The notes beneath the pieces were generated by a model. It did no database searches. It saw only the letters and a program-made list of their open reading frames with translations, and was not told the origin of the DNA. Below are positions 54,801-63,988 of a DNA stretch of 64,000 nt, in pieces; within the stretch, counting starts at the first letter, position 1; each line of letters begins with the position of its first letter. Source of the DNA: a virus; IMG/VR virus record IMGVR_UViG_3300031466_000110; one strand, given 5' to 3'. A program made the translations under genes and the position numbers.

Positions 54801-57146
54801 TTAACTGATGTTGCTCAAAACCTCAACGTACATATTCACCCCACCCACGGACGGAACGATCAGAGGAACCTTACTCCAATCGATCTCCTTTTCACTGAGA
54901 TCAAACAGATCAGCGATATACGCCATGTTCCGATAATGCATTTCCGGGTTTCCGCCTTTAGCGAGGAAATAATGCAGATTACTAAACAGTCTAACCTTAT
55001 GCCGATTGTCCGGGAACGCAGTATCTAAAGTAATAAACGAGTTCAACGCACTCCCCAAATCATCCTCCAAACAAAAGACCACAGAAGCGTACTGAACCAG
55101 ATCCGGGAAATATTTCAGATTCTCAGCAGGACAATCAAAAACAACAGTGCGATACAAACGCTGAGCGATGAAGACGTCTTGCAGAAGTTGCAAATGGTCA
55201 TCATCAAACTCCGTGTCATACAGATTTGCGATACAATCGAAACCCCCTTCAAAGAAAGGAAGGGAAACGTTGTCTAACATAGCGGCAGATTTAAGGCTGA
55301 GAAGACCTCTCTGAACATTTTCCTCTTCTTGAAGCAAATGATCGAGAACTCCGAAAATAAGAGAACCCTTCCGCTTCAAATCAAAGTCCACGAAAAGTGT
55401 CTTCTTACGCCGACCAGCCGCCGCCGCAAGGTTAAAAGCAGTTGTCGTTACCCCCGAGCGTCGATCCCCAGTAACAATGATGAGTTCAGGAGCATTACTG
55501 CTACCCCCACGACGTCCACTACCCACTTCCTTGACAATAACACGCTCAACAACGACTTTATTCCGTTCTGCTTGCTCCCGCTCCAACTCTTCTGCCAGTT
55601 TCGCGGCATCCGGCAAGTCCAAGTTCTCTTCCTCAGACACCACTTCGACCGAAGGCGTGATAATTTTCGGGGCAAATACTTGCGGAACAGAGTCAGGAAT
55701 GGGTGGAACATTTTCTTGTTTAAGTTTTTCCCCCAACTCGGTCAAACGACGTGTTTTATCTTGCCAAGAGGTATCTTCACTCAGTCTTGGTGTATCTGAC
55801 TCTTCCGGGTACTGAATGGTAGTCGAAGCAGATGGAGTTTCAAATTCAGATGAAGAAGGAGACTCCGACTCAGACTCAAAAGCAGTAATCGACTCAGAGG
55901 ACGAATCGATCTCTTCTGTATCCAAACCCCAATTGTCCTCGTCCCCTTCTGCATCCGCAAAAACGCCATCGGATGATTCCGACTCTACCGAAGGAGTAGA
56001 AGTGTCACCGAGTGATGAAGAACCCTCATCACCAGCACCTCCCCATGAAATACCCCCACCACGAACCGTGAAATCCATCCAAGAGTCATCACCATTGACA
56101 GAATGACCCTCATCCCCAGACGAACCTTCAAGAGAACTATCCTTCCCACTCGAAGGGAAAACACCTTCATCAGATGGCGATCCCCACCCCTCCAAAGAAG
56201 ACTGATCTCCCGACGAAGGAAACAACTCCTCACTACCCGAAGGAGTGTCCCAGACATCTTCCGGCGGGAAGTCATCGTCTGCCATAGGCTCTCCGAAAGA
56301 AGAAACCTCCGATGTTTCGGACGGAAACGCAGACTCATCACCAGACTGAACCTCAGTGTCCCAAGCGTCTGAAGATTCATCCTCTGGAAGCCTTACCCCC
56401 AAACCAACATCGTTACCCGATTCAAAAGAAAAACCGGGAAGCGAAACCGGAGTTTCCTCTTCAGGTAAGGAGTCTGGATTGTCGAAATACCCCTCAAAGG
56501 ATTCCGGCACAGGCTCAGACGCGGGAACCTCTTCTTCCGTGGCGGGAGATTCCGCTTCCTGTCCCTTCTTTTTCTTACCCCTACCGAACAAACCAAACAA
56601 GCCGCCCTTATCCTTCTTCTTTTCCGTGGGTACAGGTTTCTTTGGTTGAGAAGTAGACTTGGGCTTGGACTCGATAGTCTCATTGATAAGGTCTTCCCCA
56701 TCACCAGCAGGACTCAATGCATCTTCACAATATGTCTTTTTAATACGGTCAATATCCCACTCAACCACCGTGAAGATAAAGGAGGGCTTAACCTTCTCAC
56801 AGAGAACAACCGCTGTGTAGATAGAAGAAAAGATTCGATTAAACAGACGATAAACCGTTTCCCCAGTAGTAATGAAGATCACGCGACAACCAAAAAAGCG
56901 TTCGTAAAGATAAGTATTGAACGACGACAAAACTTCCTCGGGTTTCACATGCTCCGAGAGATTCTCGAAATCAAAGGCATTTTGCAGAATCAACAACCGA
57001 TCATGATCAATACGACGAACTTGCGTCTCCCGCATAAAGTCCTGCACGGAATTATAAGTGGTGATCTGAATATTGTCAAAGCGACCAAGAATGAGTTGCT
57101 TCAACTGATCCGCCCGTGCTTTCTTACCGATAATACCGAGCTTCAT
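54801..57146 (-). CDS. CpaE/TadZ-like protein: N-terminal alpha/beta domain, long acidic linker, C-terminal MinD/ParA-like domain
   Basis: C-terminal IIVTGDRRSGVTTTAFNLA, LFVDFD, VVFDCP. Confidence 0.65.
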   Translation of the reverse strand: MKLGIIGKKARADQLKQLILGRFDNIQITTYNSVQDFMRETQVRRIDHDRLLILQNAFDFENLSEHVKPEEVLSSFNTYLYERFFGCRVIFITTGETVYRLFNRIFSSIYTAVVLCEKVKPSFIFTVVEWDIDRIKKTYCEDALSPAGDGEDLINETIESKPKSTSQPKKPVPTEKKKDKGGLFGLFGRGKKKKGQEAESPATEEEVPASEPVPESFEGYFDNPDSLPEEETPVSLPGFSFESGNDVGLGVRLPEDESSDAWDTEVQSGDESAFPSETSEVSSFGEPMADDDFPPEDVWDTPSGSEELFPSSGDQSSLEGWGSPSDEGVFPSSGKDSSLEGSSGDEGHSVNGDDSWMDFTVRGGGISWGGAGDEGSSSLGDTSTPSVESESSDGVFADAEGDEDNWGLDTEEIDSSSESITAFESESESPSSSEFETPSASTTIQYPEESDTPRLSEDTSWQDKTRRLTELGEKLKQENVPPIPDSVPQVFAPKIITPSVEVVSEEENLDLPDAAKLAEELEREQAERNKVVVERVIVKEVGSGRRGGSSNAPELIIVTGDRRSGVTTTAFNLAAAAGRRKKTLFVDFDLKRKGSLIFGVLDHLLQEEENVQRGLLSLKSAAMLDNVSLPFFEGGFDCIANLYDTEFDDDHLQLLQDVFIAQRLYRTVVFDCPAENLKYFPDLVQYASVVFCLEDDLGSALNSFITLDTAFPDNRHKVRLFSNLHYFLAKGGNPEMHYRNMAYIADLFDLSEKEIDWSKVPLIVPSVGGVNMYVEVLSNIS

Positions 57147-57161
57147 ATGAATACCCCCTCG

Positions 57162-58190
57162 TTAATCCAACGAAATCTCCTCGTCCGGTTGCTCATTTTT
57201 ACGCTTAAACCAAGTGCGCTTCCGTTTGAGCTTCCGCTCCCCAGCAGATACACGCATATTGGCTCTCTTCTCTTCAGAAGTAAGGTTAAAGACGGTCTTA
57301 ACTCCGTCCTTTTCTCCCCAAATTACTGTGAGCGGTGCGCTCAACTCGCGACTATTAAGTACATTCTCAATAGCATTATTGGGTGAGAAGGACTCCAAGT
57401 TAAACACCGTTTGCACTAGTTGACCAATCATATACTTGTTAAGGTACCGAATACGCGCAAAGTTCGCCCGCTTAAAACCAGACACCGCTTCACGGATATC
57501 CAAAAGAGCGTCATAATCGTCCTTCCGCCAATACAAACAGTACACATCGTAAGTAGAAAATGCCCGTTGCATCGCTTTCTCCAGATAATCGTACTTCATA
57601 GTGATGAGGTAACGAAGATTCTTCCCATCAATCGAAGCGGCGGCGCTAAAAAGGTTATTCAAACGAGAATCTTTTCCGATGCTGTCCATGTAATCAATAT
57701 GCGTAAACTCAATTTCTGCCTTCGCCAATTCCTTATAAACATCCGCTATAGCCTGATGATGGTCAAAAACATAATCGTCTTCCTTACCGACGATTACCCC
57801 CTTATCGAGAGCGATGAAGACCCCACGATAACCGTTACGGAACGTTACCACATACGGAAAGGTGTTCGATACCTCCACAATCGACCACAACAAATTTGTT
57901 CCGAACATATAGTTCGACTCTTCCAACGCCGCCCGCTTCTCCCGATAATAATGCTCCCGGAAAAGAAGAAAACGCATGACGTAAATGTACGCGATAGTCA
58001 CTACCACCATCCAAAGCAGAGTTTGCCCAAGCGTGGACGCGGCAAGCGTAAGAAACATAAGAAAACCCCAAACCAACGTAAGCCCAATCCCAAGAAATAC
58101 CTTAGAAGCTGTACTAGGCTTTCCACGCCGCTTCGAGTCAAAAGTCAAGGGTATTTCAATATGAGAGGTATTCTCGCGAGTAGGTTCCAT
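57162..58190 (-). CDS. Two-TM membrane protein of the transfer block
   Basis: Two N-terminal TM helices and a soluble domain. Confidence 0.7.
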   Translation of the reverse strand: MEPTRENTSHIEIPLTFDSKRRGKPSTASKVFLGIGLTLVWGFLMFLTLAASTLGQTLLWMVVVTIAYIYVMRFLLFREHYYREKRAALEESNYMFGTNLLWSIVEVSNTFPYVVTFRNGYRGVFIALDKGVIVGKEDDYVFDHHQAIADVYKELAKAEIEFTHIDYMDSIGKDSRLNNLFSAAASIDGKNLRYLITMKYDYLEKAMQRAFSTYDVYCLYWRKDDYDALLDIREAVSGFKRANFARIRYLNKYMIGQLVQTVFNLESFSPNNAIENVLNSRELSAPLTVIWGEKDGVKTVFNLTSEEKRANMRVSAGERKLKRKRTWFKRKNEQPDEEISLD

Positions 58191-58202
58191 CCCTTATCCT
58201 CC

Positions 58203-58715
58203 TCAAACAAACCTAAAGTCTTCAATAATACCGTTGATAACTGTCACCAACACCCGTGCAGTATAGGTTTGCCCACCCTTCTCAAAATTCAAAAGGACAT
58301 AGTAGTCCGTAAACAGCGGATCACCAAGCTGATACTGCACCTCGACAAACGAAACCTTAGAAGCCCCAATGAAACGATAGGGATCATATGACTTACCATA
58401 TAACGAGCTTACAACGTTTTCCGACAATTTTGGACTTGACTTAGAAGATTGATACGATGTTGCATCCGAAACCAAGAAAAAGTTACGTACCTCCGTAATC
58501 ACCGTCTGCTTGTGATCCTCATACAACAAAAAGTGCGGATTCATGGTGGAGTTAACATAAGCGATTTGCTTATTCTCCCATACCCCCATAACCACCACCC
58601 ACACCATGATCACAAACGACACTGAAAACACAACCCAATACAAGATCTTCTTCCATCGTTTCTTAGGTTGCATAGAAATGTTTCTATCTTCAACAACCGA
58701 AGATTTATCGACCAT
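58203..58715 (-). CDS. Single-pass membrane protein (VirB8/NTF2-like candidate)
   Basis: Basic stretch, TM helix, about 120-aa extracellular domain. Confidence 0.65.
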   Translation of the reverse strand: MVDKSSVVEDRNISMQPKKRWKKILYWVVFSVSFVIMVWVVVMGVWENKQIAYVNSTMNPHFLLYEDHKQTVITEVRNFFLVSDATSYQSSKSSPKLSENVVSSLYGKSYDPYRFIGASKVSFVEVQYQLGDPLFTDYYVLLNFEKGGQTYTARVLVTVINGIIEDFRFV

Positions 58716-59151
58716 CGCGTAATACCCCCACTTCGATCTTTTCTAAACCTTGAGGTGTCCAAATAGCCTCTACACGATATCTGAAGTCCGCCGCACTAAA
58801 CAGCATAAAATGACGAACCCCATTATACCCGAATGCCGTGAAAAAGGCTTCATACGCCGGAGTGTCGTAGGGGAGAGTCCCCAAAATATTTCGCACTTCT
58901 TCCGAAAAAGAGAACCCTTCTGGGATAGTTAAATTTCCAGAGTTCTCTCCAGTAGTAACGAAGTCAATCAAAACATCACGATTTTTCTCAGCTAATCTCT
59001 TAGCAGAGAGGTAGGAATCTAATGTACTTTCCACAACTCCATTATATTCCTCAATCTCACGCGCAAGAGTTTCCGAAGATGCCCCACAAGCCGAGAGTAG
59101 TAGAGGGAGCGCCCCGAGTACAAGAACAAACAGTAAACGTCTCACGTTCAT
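58705..59151 (-). CDS. Small lipoprotein
   Basis: Lipobox LLSAC; RBS AGGAGGT. Confidence 0.7.
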   Translation of the reverse strand: MNVRRLLFVLVLGALPLLLSACGASSETLAREIEEYNGVVESTLDSYLSAKRLAEKNRDVLIDFVTTGENSGNLTIPEGFSFSEEVRNILGTLPYDTPAYEAFFTAFGYNGVRHFMLFSAADFRYRVEAIWTPQGLEKIEVGVLRDGR

Positions 59152-59181
59152 ACCTCCTAATAGAAAAGGTGTTCTAGAAAC

Positions 59182-59634
59182 CTAGAACACCTTGTATAAA
59201 TTTGCTATGCGTCCTTCTTCAAAGATGATCAAGGTTGTAAACTGGCGATCCCCGGTTGGGGTACGCTGAACCAAATCCGCCTTAAAGACGAAATCCCCGG
59301 AAGGAGAAGGTTGACCAACAATACGTTTGACCGCCAGTGGATAGTAAGTTCCTTCCTGATAGGAAGAAAAGTAGTTCAACCAAAAGTCCGATGTCATGCG
59401 AGAGAAGTAACGCTGTCGCTTAGACTGGAAGTCTTCTTCCGAACTAAAATATAAGATGTCGGGTAACTCCAAAACCAACGACTTTGCCGTGAAATAAGCA
59501 GTCAACTCATGCTTCGTCCTATTTAATTCCGCTCGGTAGGGTGAGCCGACAATCAAGTCATAAGCGATAAACGCCACGACTATAACAAACGCCACCACGC
59601 TAGACAGCGTGAATAACCGTCTCCACGTCAACAA
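59182..59634 (-). CDS. Single-pass membrane protein
   Basis: TTG 59634 after AAGGAGGGTG; TM helix then about 110-aa domain. Confidence 0.65.
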   Translation of the reverse strand: MLTWRRLFTLSSVVAFVIVVAFIAYDLIVGSPYRAELNRTKHELTAYFTAKSLVLELPDILYFSSEEDFQSKRQRYFSRMTSDFWLNYFSSYQEGTYYPLAVKRIVGQPSPSGDFVFKADLVQRTPTGDRQFTTLIIFEEGRIANLYKVF

Positions 59635-60031
59635 TCTCACCCTCCTTATACCAAATGAAAATAGATGCCGACTTACCATTTGAGTTGTAAAAATGAATCA
59701 TTTGTTCAACTACACCCGTAGTGTCATCAAGAAACAAATAGTTTTCAATATATGGATCGAAGGGTACGTCTGGTGACTGATATTTGTTGATATGCTCAAC
59801 GAATGCTCTAATATTGTCCTCGTACCCCGCATAAGGGGAGTTGGACACCGAGAACGTATTCGAGTTTAAGTAATGGATAACCTCCAAATAAAACTCCTTC
59901 GAAGGGGCTTCTGCCACCGCATAAGCCGACAAAAGAGACTGTACTTTCTCATTCTCAGCGGTATTACCCCCTTCACACCCCACCAATACACACAAGAGCA
60001 GGAGAACAAACACCAAACGAACCCACTTCAT
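59600..60031 (-). CDS. Small lipoprotein
   Basis: Lipobox VLVGC. Confidence 0.7.
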   Translation of the reverse strand: MKWVRLVFVLLLLCVLVGCEGGNTAENEKVQSLLSAYAVAEAPSKEFYLEVIHYLNSNTFSVSNSPYAGYEDNIRAFVEHINKYQSPDVPFDPYIENYLFLDDTTGVVEQMIHFYNSNGKSASIFIWYKEGEIVDVETVIHAV

Positions 60032-60792
60032 TGTCGCACCTCAAAACGAGTGAACTTATACCCCTCGAAATACAACCTGACCAATAGGGGTTTTTGCGTC
60101 ACCGACGACGCGAAAGTCGCATCAAAGAAACCAGAGGACTTATTCTCCCTCCGTAAGAAGGAGTCCTTAAAATTGTAATGATAGTCAAGGTCATTTTTCA
60201 TCATCTCGAAGGTGATAGGAACAAGGGATTTCGAGATAACGTACTCAGACCCATCATACACAACAACGTCCCAACCCTCGTCATTAAAGTGCAAATCATT
60301 AACCCGAATTACCCAATCCCCATTTTGATCAAACAAACGAGGATCGAACATACCGAAGGTTTCTTTGTTCAAGTCGATATCCTCAATATCAGAATCTGGA
60401 ACCTCGGTGTCCTCTTCATCGGAAGGGATGCTATCCAAATCAGGCATCGCTTCAATTTCCGAACCAGACATACTCTCGCTTTCCAACCACTGCGTCATAT
60501 TAAAAACCTGCTCGTCCTTCGATTCCAAGTCCCGATAATGTTGCTCATAAGCAACAAACACACCCGGATCAAAGAAAGAAGAATCCACTGTCAACTGCAA
60601 ATTAGGGTCGTACCAACCGTAGAAAGAAGCCGCCAAAGACTTAGCGAAAAGCAAACCATTTTCCTGCAGTGCATCAACCTTTTGCTTTTCCAAATCCCCA
60701 AGCAGTTTTGCCATTGTAACCCCTGCTACCAATAGCGTGAGAAAACTAATGATAAGCACCCACAGCAAATACTTCCGAGACAACAGCTCCAT
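60028..60792 (-). CDS. Single-pass membrane protein with acidic insert
   Basis: N-terminal TM; RBS GAGGAGGT. Confidence 0.7.
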   Translation of the reverse strand: MELLSRKYLLWVLIISFLTLLVAGVTMAKLLGDLEKQKVDALQENGLLFAKSLAASFYGWYDPNLQLTVDSSFFDPGVFVAYEQHYRDLESKDEQVFNMTQWLESESMSGSEIEAMPDLDSIPSDEEDTEVPDSDIEDIDLNKETFGMFDPRLFDQNGDWVIRVNDLHFNDEGWDVVVYDGSEYVISKSLVPITFEMMKNDLDYHYNFKDSFLRRENKSSGFFDATFASSVTQKPLLVRLYFEGYKFTRFEVRQ

Positions 60793-60805
60793 CTCAAATA
60801 CCTCC

Positions 60806-63043
60806 TCAATATACTAAGAGTACATAGTTTGCGGCTGAACTCGCTTTCCGCAGTTCCTCACGACCCCACAACTTAAGGGAATCCGATACATCAGACGAAG
60901 AATACATTCGATATTTCTTCGTACCATTTTCCTCGATTAACTTATTAATAACCACAAAGTGATCCGAACCCCTTGAAGCGATTGGAGGATCGGAGAATTT
61001 AGCGATAACCAAACCCCCATTCCGCAAAGTTTCATCGATCTTATCCCACGTACTCGTTGCACGAATATTCGAAACTTCCTTCACCTTCAAACCGAACAAC
61101 CCAAAAAGAGTCGGTAACCCAGAACGCTGTAGCCCATCACTGCTAAGCGAATTTGTCATATACATAAGCGCCGCCGTTTCAGGGGGATTAATCCCGATCC
61201 GCGTCTTTGCCGTGAGGACGTAAGCAACAGAATAGATCATACAACCATTACGAGAGAACGTCCATCTGCCATTCTTATCCCGACGAGTACTCCAAGGTTG
61301 CCCACCATACAACTCGATATCAGCACTCTGACGTTGGAAAGGCACTTGATAAGGGTCAGATTCTAAAGGATAGGCTTCACGCAAAGCCTCAGCTTTAGAA
61401 TCCTCCCCTTGCTCATATGCAGAAACACCAAAGTAGTTAATCAAATTATTGATGATAGTTACTGCATCATCCGGCAACTGCGATTTCTTTACCTCTTCAT
61501 AATAACGACGAGTAGTGTAGGTTTGCCCGCCAATCGTAAAGGTCGCGTTACCCTCGGGATTCTTACCCCCGTAAACGATTTCGGAGCGGAGCGGTACGAC
61601 CTTCTTTTCAAGGATTTCAATAATAGCTTTTCCTTGAATGAAAGAGTTAAACCCATAATGGAAGTTCAAAGTGCGAGTTTGCATGTTACCGGAGTAGCCC
61701 GACATTTTCTTAAGCTCTTGCCAAGCCTCCTCCATCGCTACACGCCGACTTTCAGGGTAAGTCGACATATTTGCTTCTGACATAATGAACTTCCAAACAG
61801 GCTCCTCCAAAACCCTACCATTAAGCTTCATTCTAATAGAATTATCACCCAACTTCAACTCCGTGTGATGCTTCCACTTCGGATCATTCATACCCTCGCT
61901 ACCAATAAAAATCTTACGGAACTTGTACTCCGGTACAGCAGGAAAGGCGTCTTCATCCTTATTTGTCAAAGCTACAAGTTCCCAATTATAGAGACTGCGA
62001 GTATCGTCCGAATCACCAGAAACATAGTAAAGAGCGCACCAAAAATTGAAATAATGTTCGTACTCCGTTTGAGATACCCCATGATAATGGGCTTGAAGAA
62101 GGAAATAGTAAAGCATAGTGTAAAGCTCCATACGGCGTTTCTCACTAATACCCCAAGCCTCGATGACCTTCATTAAACGGTCTTCATGCGCACCCAATTC
62201 GCCCTTATTCTTAAGGAAACTATTTGCATAGTCAGCCTTCCCAGCGATGTGCGCAACCGACATAAAAGTCGCCCAAGGATAGTAGTTTGCAGGATACGAA
62301 TACGACCCCGTAGGTGAGGGATATAACCGATAAAGGGCATCTACAACGTCCTTACCCGCAACAGACGTGTAGTTTCGCGGCGTATCATTCTTACTAATAC
62401 CAAAGTTCACAAAACCAGCATTACTTTCCGTCGCCATATACGGGTGTTGGAAAACGTTTTTATTTGGGAGATCCTTTTCAGGATAAATAACCATAGACTG
62501 CTCGGTACTCAACTTCCCCAAAAACATAGCTATGTCAACATCAATGCTAGGAGTTGGCAGATCAAGAACACGCTTTTTGGTGTCATACCCCGTAATCGCT
62601 TGGTTGATAAGAATCCCCAAACGATAGATGTTCTGCTCCAACGGGGTAAGATTTGCCATGTTTGCATTCAACTCTTCTACCGACCAAGAGAGCTTATTAC
62701 CTTTGATCCCATTGTGTCCAGTGACAACCGTCTCTTCCTCCACAGGAAACGTCAAATCAGGAGGTACCACATCAGGAGTTACGGAGAAAAAAGAAACGAT
62801 TGATAGATAAATACCTAAAATTACGACTATAAGTATCCCTGCAAGGAGAGCAAATAGGAAGACTTGCGCTAAAACCAGAAAAATTGGCATCATCTCGAAA
62901 GCCGCCAATACTACAAGCACACTTTCCAAGATGGCTTGTCCAAAAGAGCGCTTTGCCTTCTCAACCTGACCCTTCGAATTCTTCTTAAACAATGAAGTGA
63001 CCCGAATAAAAAGAGACTTTATAAGTAAAAGAAAACTCAGCAT
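60806..63043 (-). CDS. Membrane-anchored protein with C-terminal C39-like (papain-fold) peptidase domain
   Basis: N-terminal TM helices; PFQRQS...NGCMIYSVA (Q, Cys) and SDHFVVI (His). Confidence 0.65.
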   Translation of the reverse strand: MLSFLLLIKSLFIRVTSLFKKNSKGQVEKAKRSFGQAILESVLVVLAAFEMMPIFLVLAQVFLFALLAGILIVVILGIYLSIVSFFSVTPDVVPPDLTFPVEEETVVTGHNGIKGNKLSWSVEELNANMANLTPLEQNIYRLGILINQAITGYDTKKRVLDLPTPSIDVDIAMFLGKLSTEQSMVIYPEKDLPNKNVFQHPYMATESNAGFVNFGISKNDTPRNYTSVAGKDVVDALYRLYPSPTGSYSYPANYYPWATFMSVAHIAGKADYANSFLKNKGELGAHEDRLMKVIEAWGISEKRRMELYTMLYYFLLQAHYHGVSQTEYEHYFNFWCALYYVSGDSDDTRSLYNWELVALTNKDEDAFPAVPEYKFRKIFIGSEGMNDPKWKHHTELKLGDNSIRMKLNGRVLEEPVWKFIMSEANMSTYPESRRVAMEEAWQELKKMSGYSGNMQTRTLNFHYGFNSFIQGKAIIEILEKKVVPLRSEIVYGGKNPEGNATFTIGGQTYTTRRYYEEVKKSQLPDDAVTIINNLINYFGVSAYEQGEDSKAEALREAYPLESDPYQVPFQRQSADIELYGGQPWSTRRDKNGRWTFSRNGCMIYSVAYVLTAKTRIGINPPETAALMYMTNSLSSDGLQRSGLPTLFGLFGLKVKEVSNIRATSTWDKIDETLRNGGLVIAKFSDPPIASRGSDHFVVINKLIEENGTKKYRMYSSSDVSDSLKLWGREELRKASSAANYVLLVY

Positions 63044-63063
63044 ACAAACACCCCTCTAAGAAA

Positions 63064-63091
63064 TGGAGGGGCAGACAGAGCTACCCCTCCA
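63064..63091. terminator. Intergenic hairpin, possible terminator
   Basis: TGGAGGGG-12nt-CCCCTCCA; short T tract. Confidence 0.4.
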
Positions 63092-63106
63092 CTAACGGGT
63101 TCAAAC

Positions 63107-63988
63107 TTATTTCTTTTTCTTCCGACGCTTCTTCGACTTAACCTTACCAGAAGCGACTTGCGCCTGTTTATTCGCTTCTCGACGAGCGGCTTCATCAGCC
63201 TTCCGTTGCTCCTTCTCCTTCAGATACTTTTCGAACTCTTCCGGGGAACGCAACTTCATGCTGATAGAAATATCGCCCGCCTTTGAACGAGTAACCCTCA
63301 TTTGCTTCATATATGGATCATTGAAATCCATACCCCGTGCTGGTTCATCGAACGGAGGTACAGCAGGTTGACGAGGTTGCGGCTCGACTGCAGGTTGTGA
63401 TGCCTCTACCGATGTCGGCTCTGCCGAAATCTCTGGCTGGTTAGACTGACTTGCCAACTTATCAATTTCTTCCGTCGTCATACCTGCAGATGGTGCAGAA
63501 TCCGCCTGATTATCCGTTTTACGAGCCTGATCCTCCACAGAACGCGCCGTAAGCCAACGAGCAGTACGACGAATCAAACGACGCTTCGGCTTCTCAGGCG
63601 AAACTTTCAACCGCCCCTTATACCGAACCGAAGGACGACCAAACCCAAAAACTCGACCAAACCCACGCAAAGCACCACCCGTAACCTTTTGCAGTAAACC
63701 AGCGCTGGCGTCTGCCACCATACCCACCACAGAACCAAGCAACGCTGAACCCTCATCCCGAATAGTACGGAAGAACTTGAGTGCCAGAATGAACATGACA
63801 AAGATGTAAATGAGCGAAACCACGATCATAATGAGCAACGTGATAGTCGGGTCAGTCATGCCAATCGTCGGCAAGCGGGAACCAACGTACCCCGTCAAAC
63901 CTTCGCCCATAATCATCGAGACGATAATGGCGAAGACCACTGTCGCTACCATGAAGCTCAAAACTGGCACAAAGATTTTCTTCATCAC
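63107..63988 (-). CDS. Membrane protein with Pro/Gln-rich and basic tail
   Basis: Two to three N-terminal hydrophobic helices. Confidence 0.7.
   Translation of the reverse strand: MMKKIFVPVLSFMVATVVFAIIVSMIMGEGLTGYVGSRLPTIGMTDPTITLLIMIVVSLIYIFVMFILALKFFRTIRDEGSALLGSVVGMVADASAGLLQKVTGGALRGFGRVFGFGRPSVRYKGRLKVSPEKPKRRLIRRTARWLTARSVEDQARKTDNQADSAPSAGMTTEEIDKLASQSNQPEISAEPTSVEASQPAVEPQPRQPAVPPFDEPARGMDFNDPYMKQMRVTRSKAGDISISMKLRSPEEFEKYLKEKEQRKADEAARREANKQAQVASGKVKSKKRRKKKK

Larger units (their letters stand above)
84..63897 (-). repeat. Dispersed polarised hexamer GGGGTA (TACCCC on + strand), roughly one per 400 bp
   Basis: Hand count about 160 TACCCC versus about 6 GGGGTA on the + strand; about 16 per strand expected for a random hexamer in 64 kb. 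Confidence 0.9.

Noticed and set aside
84-63897. GGGGTA explained as RBS usage, codon bias, a restriction site or G-quadruplex
   Set aside because: Most copies are mid-gene and occur in all three frames. Restriction sites are usually depleted and not strand-polarised. The G-runs are hundreds of bp apart, too far for G4.
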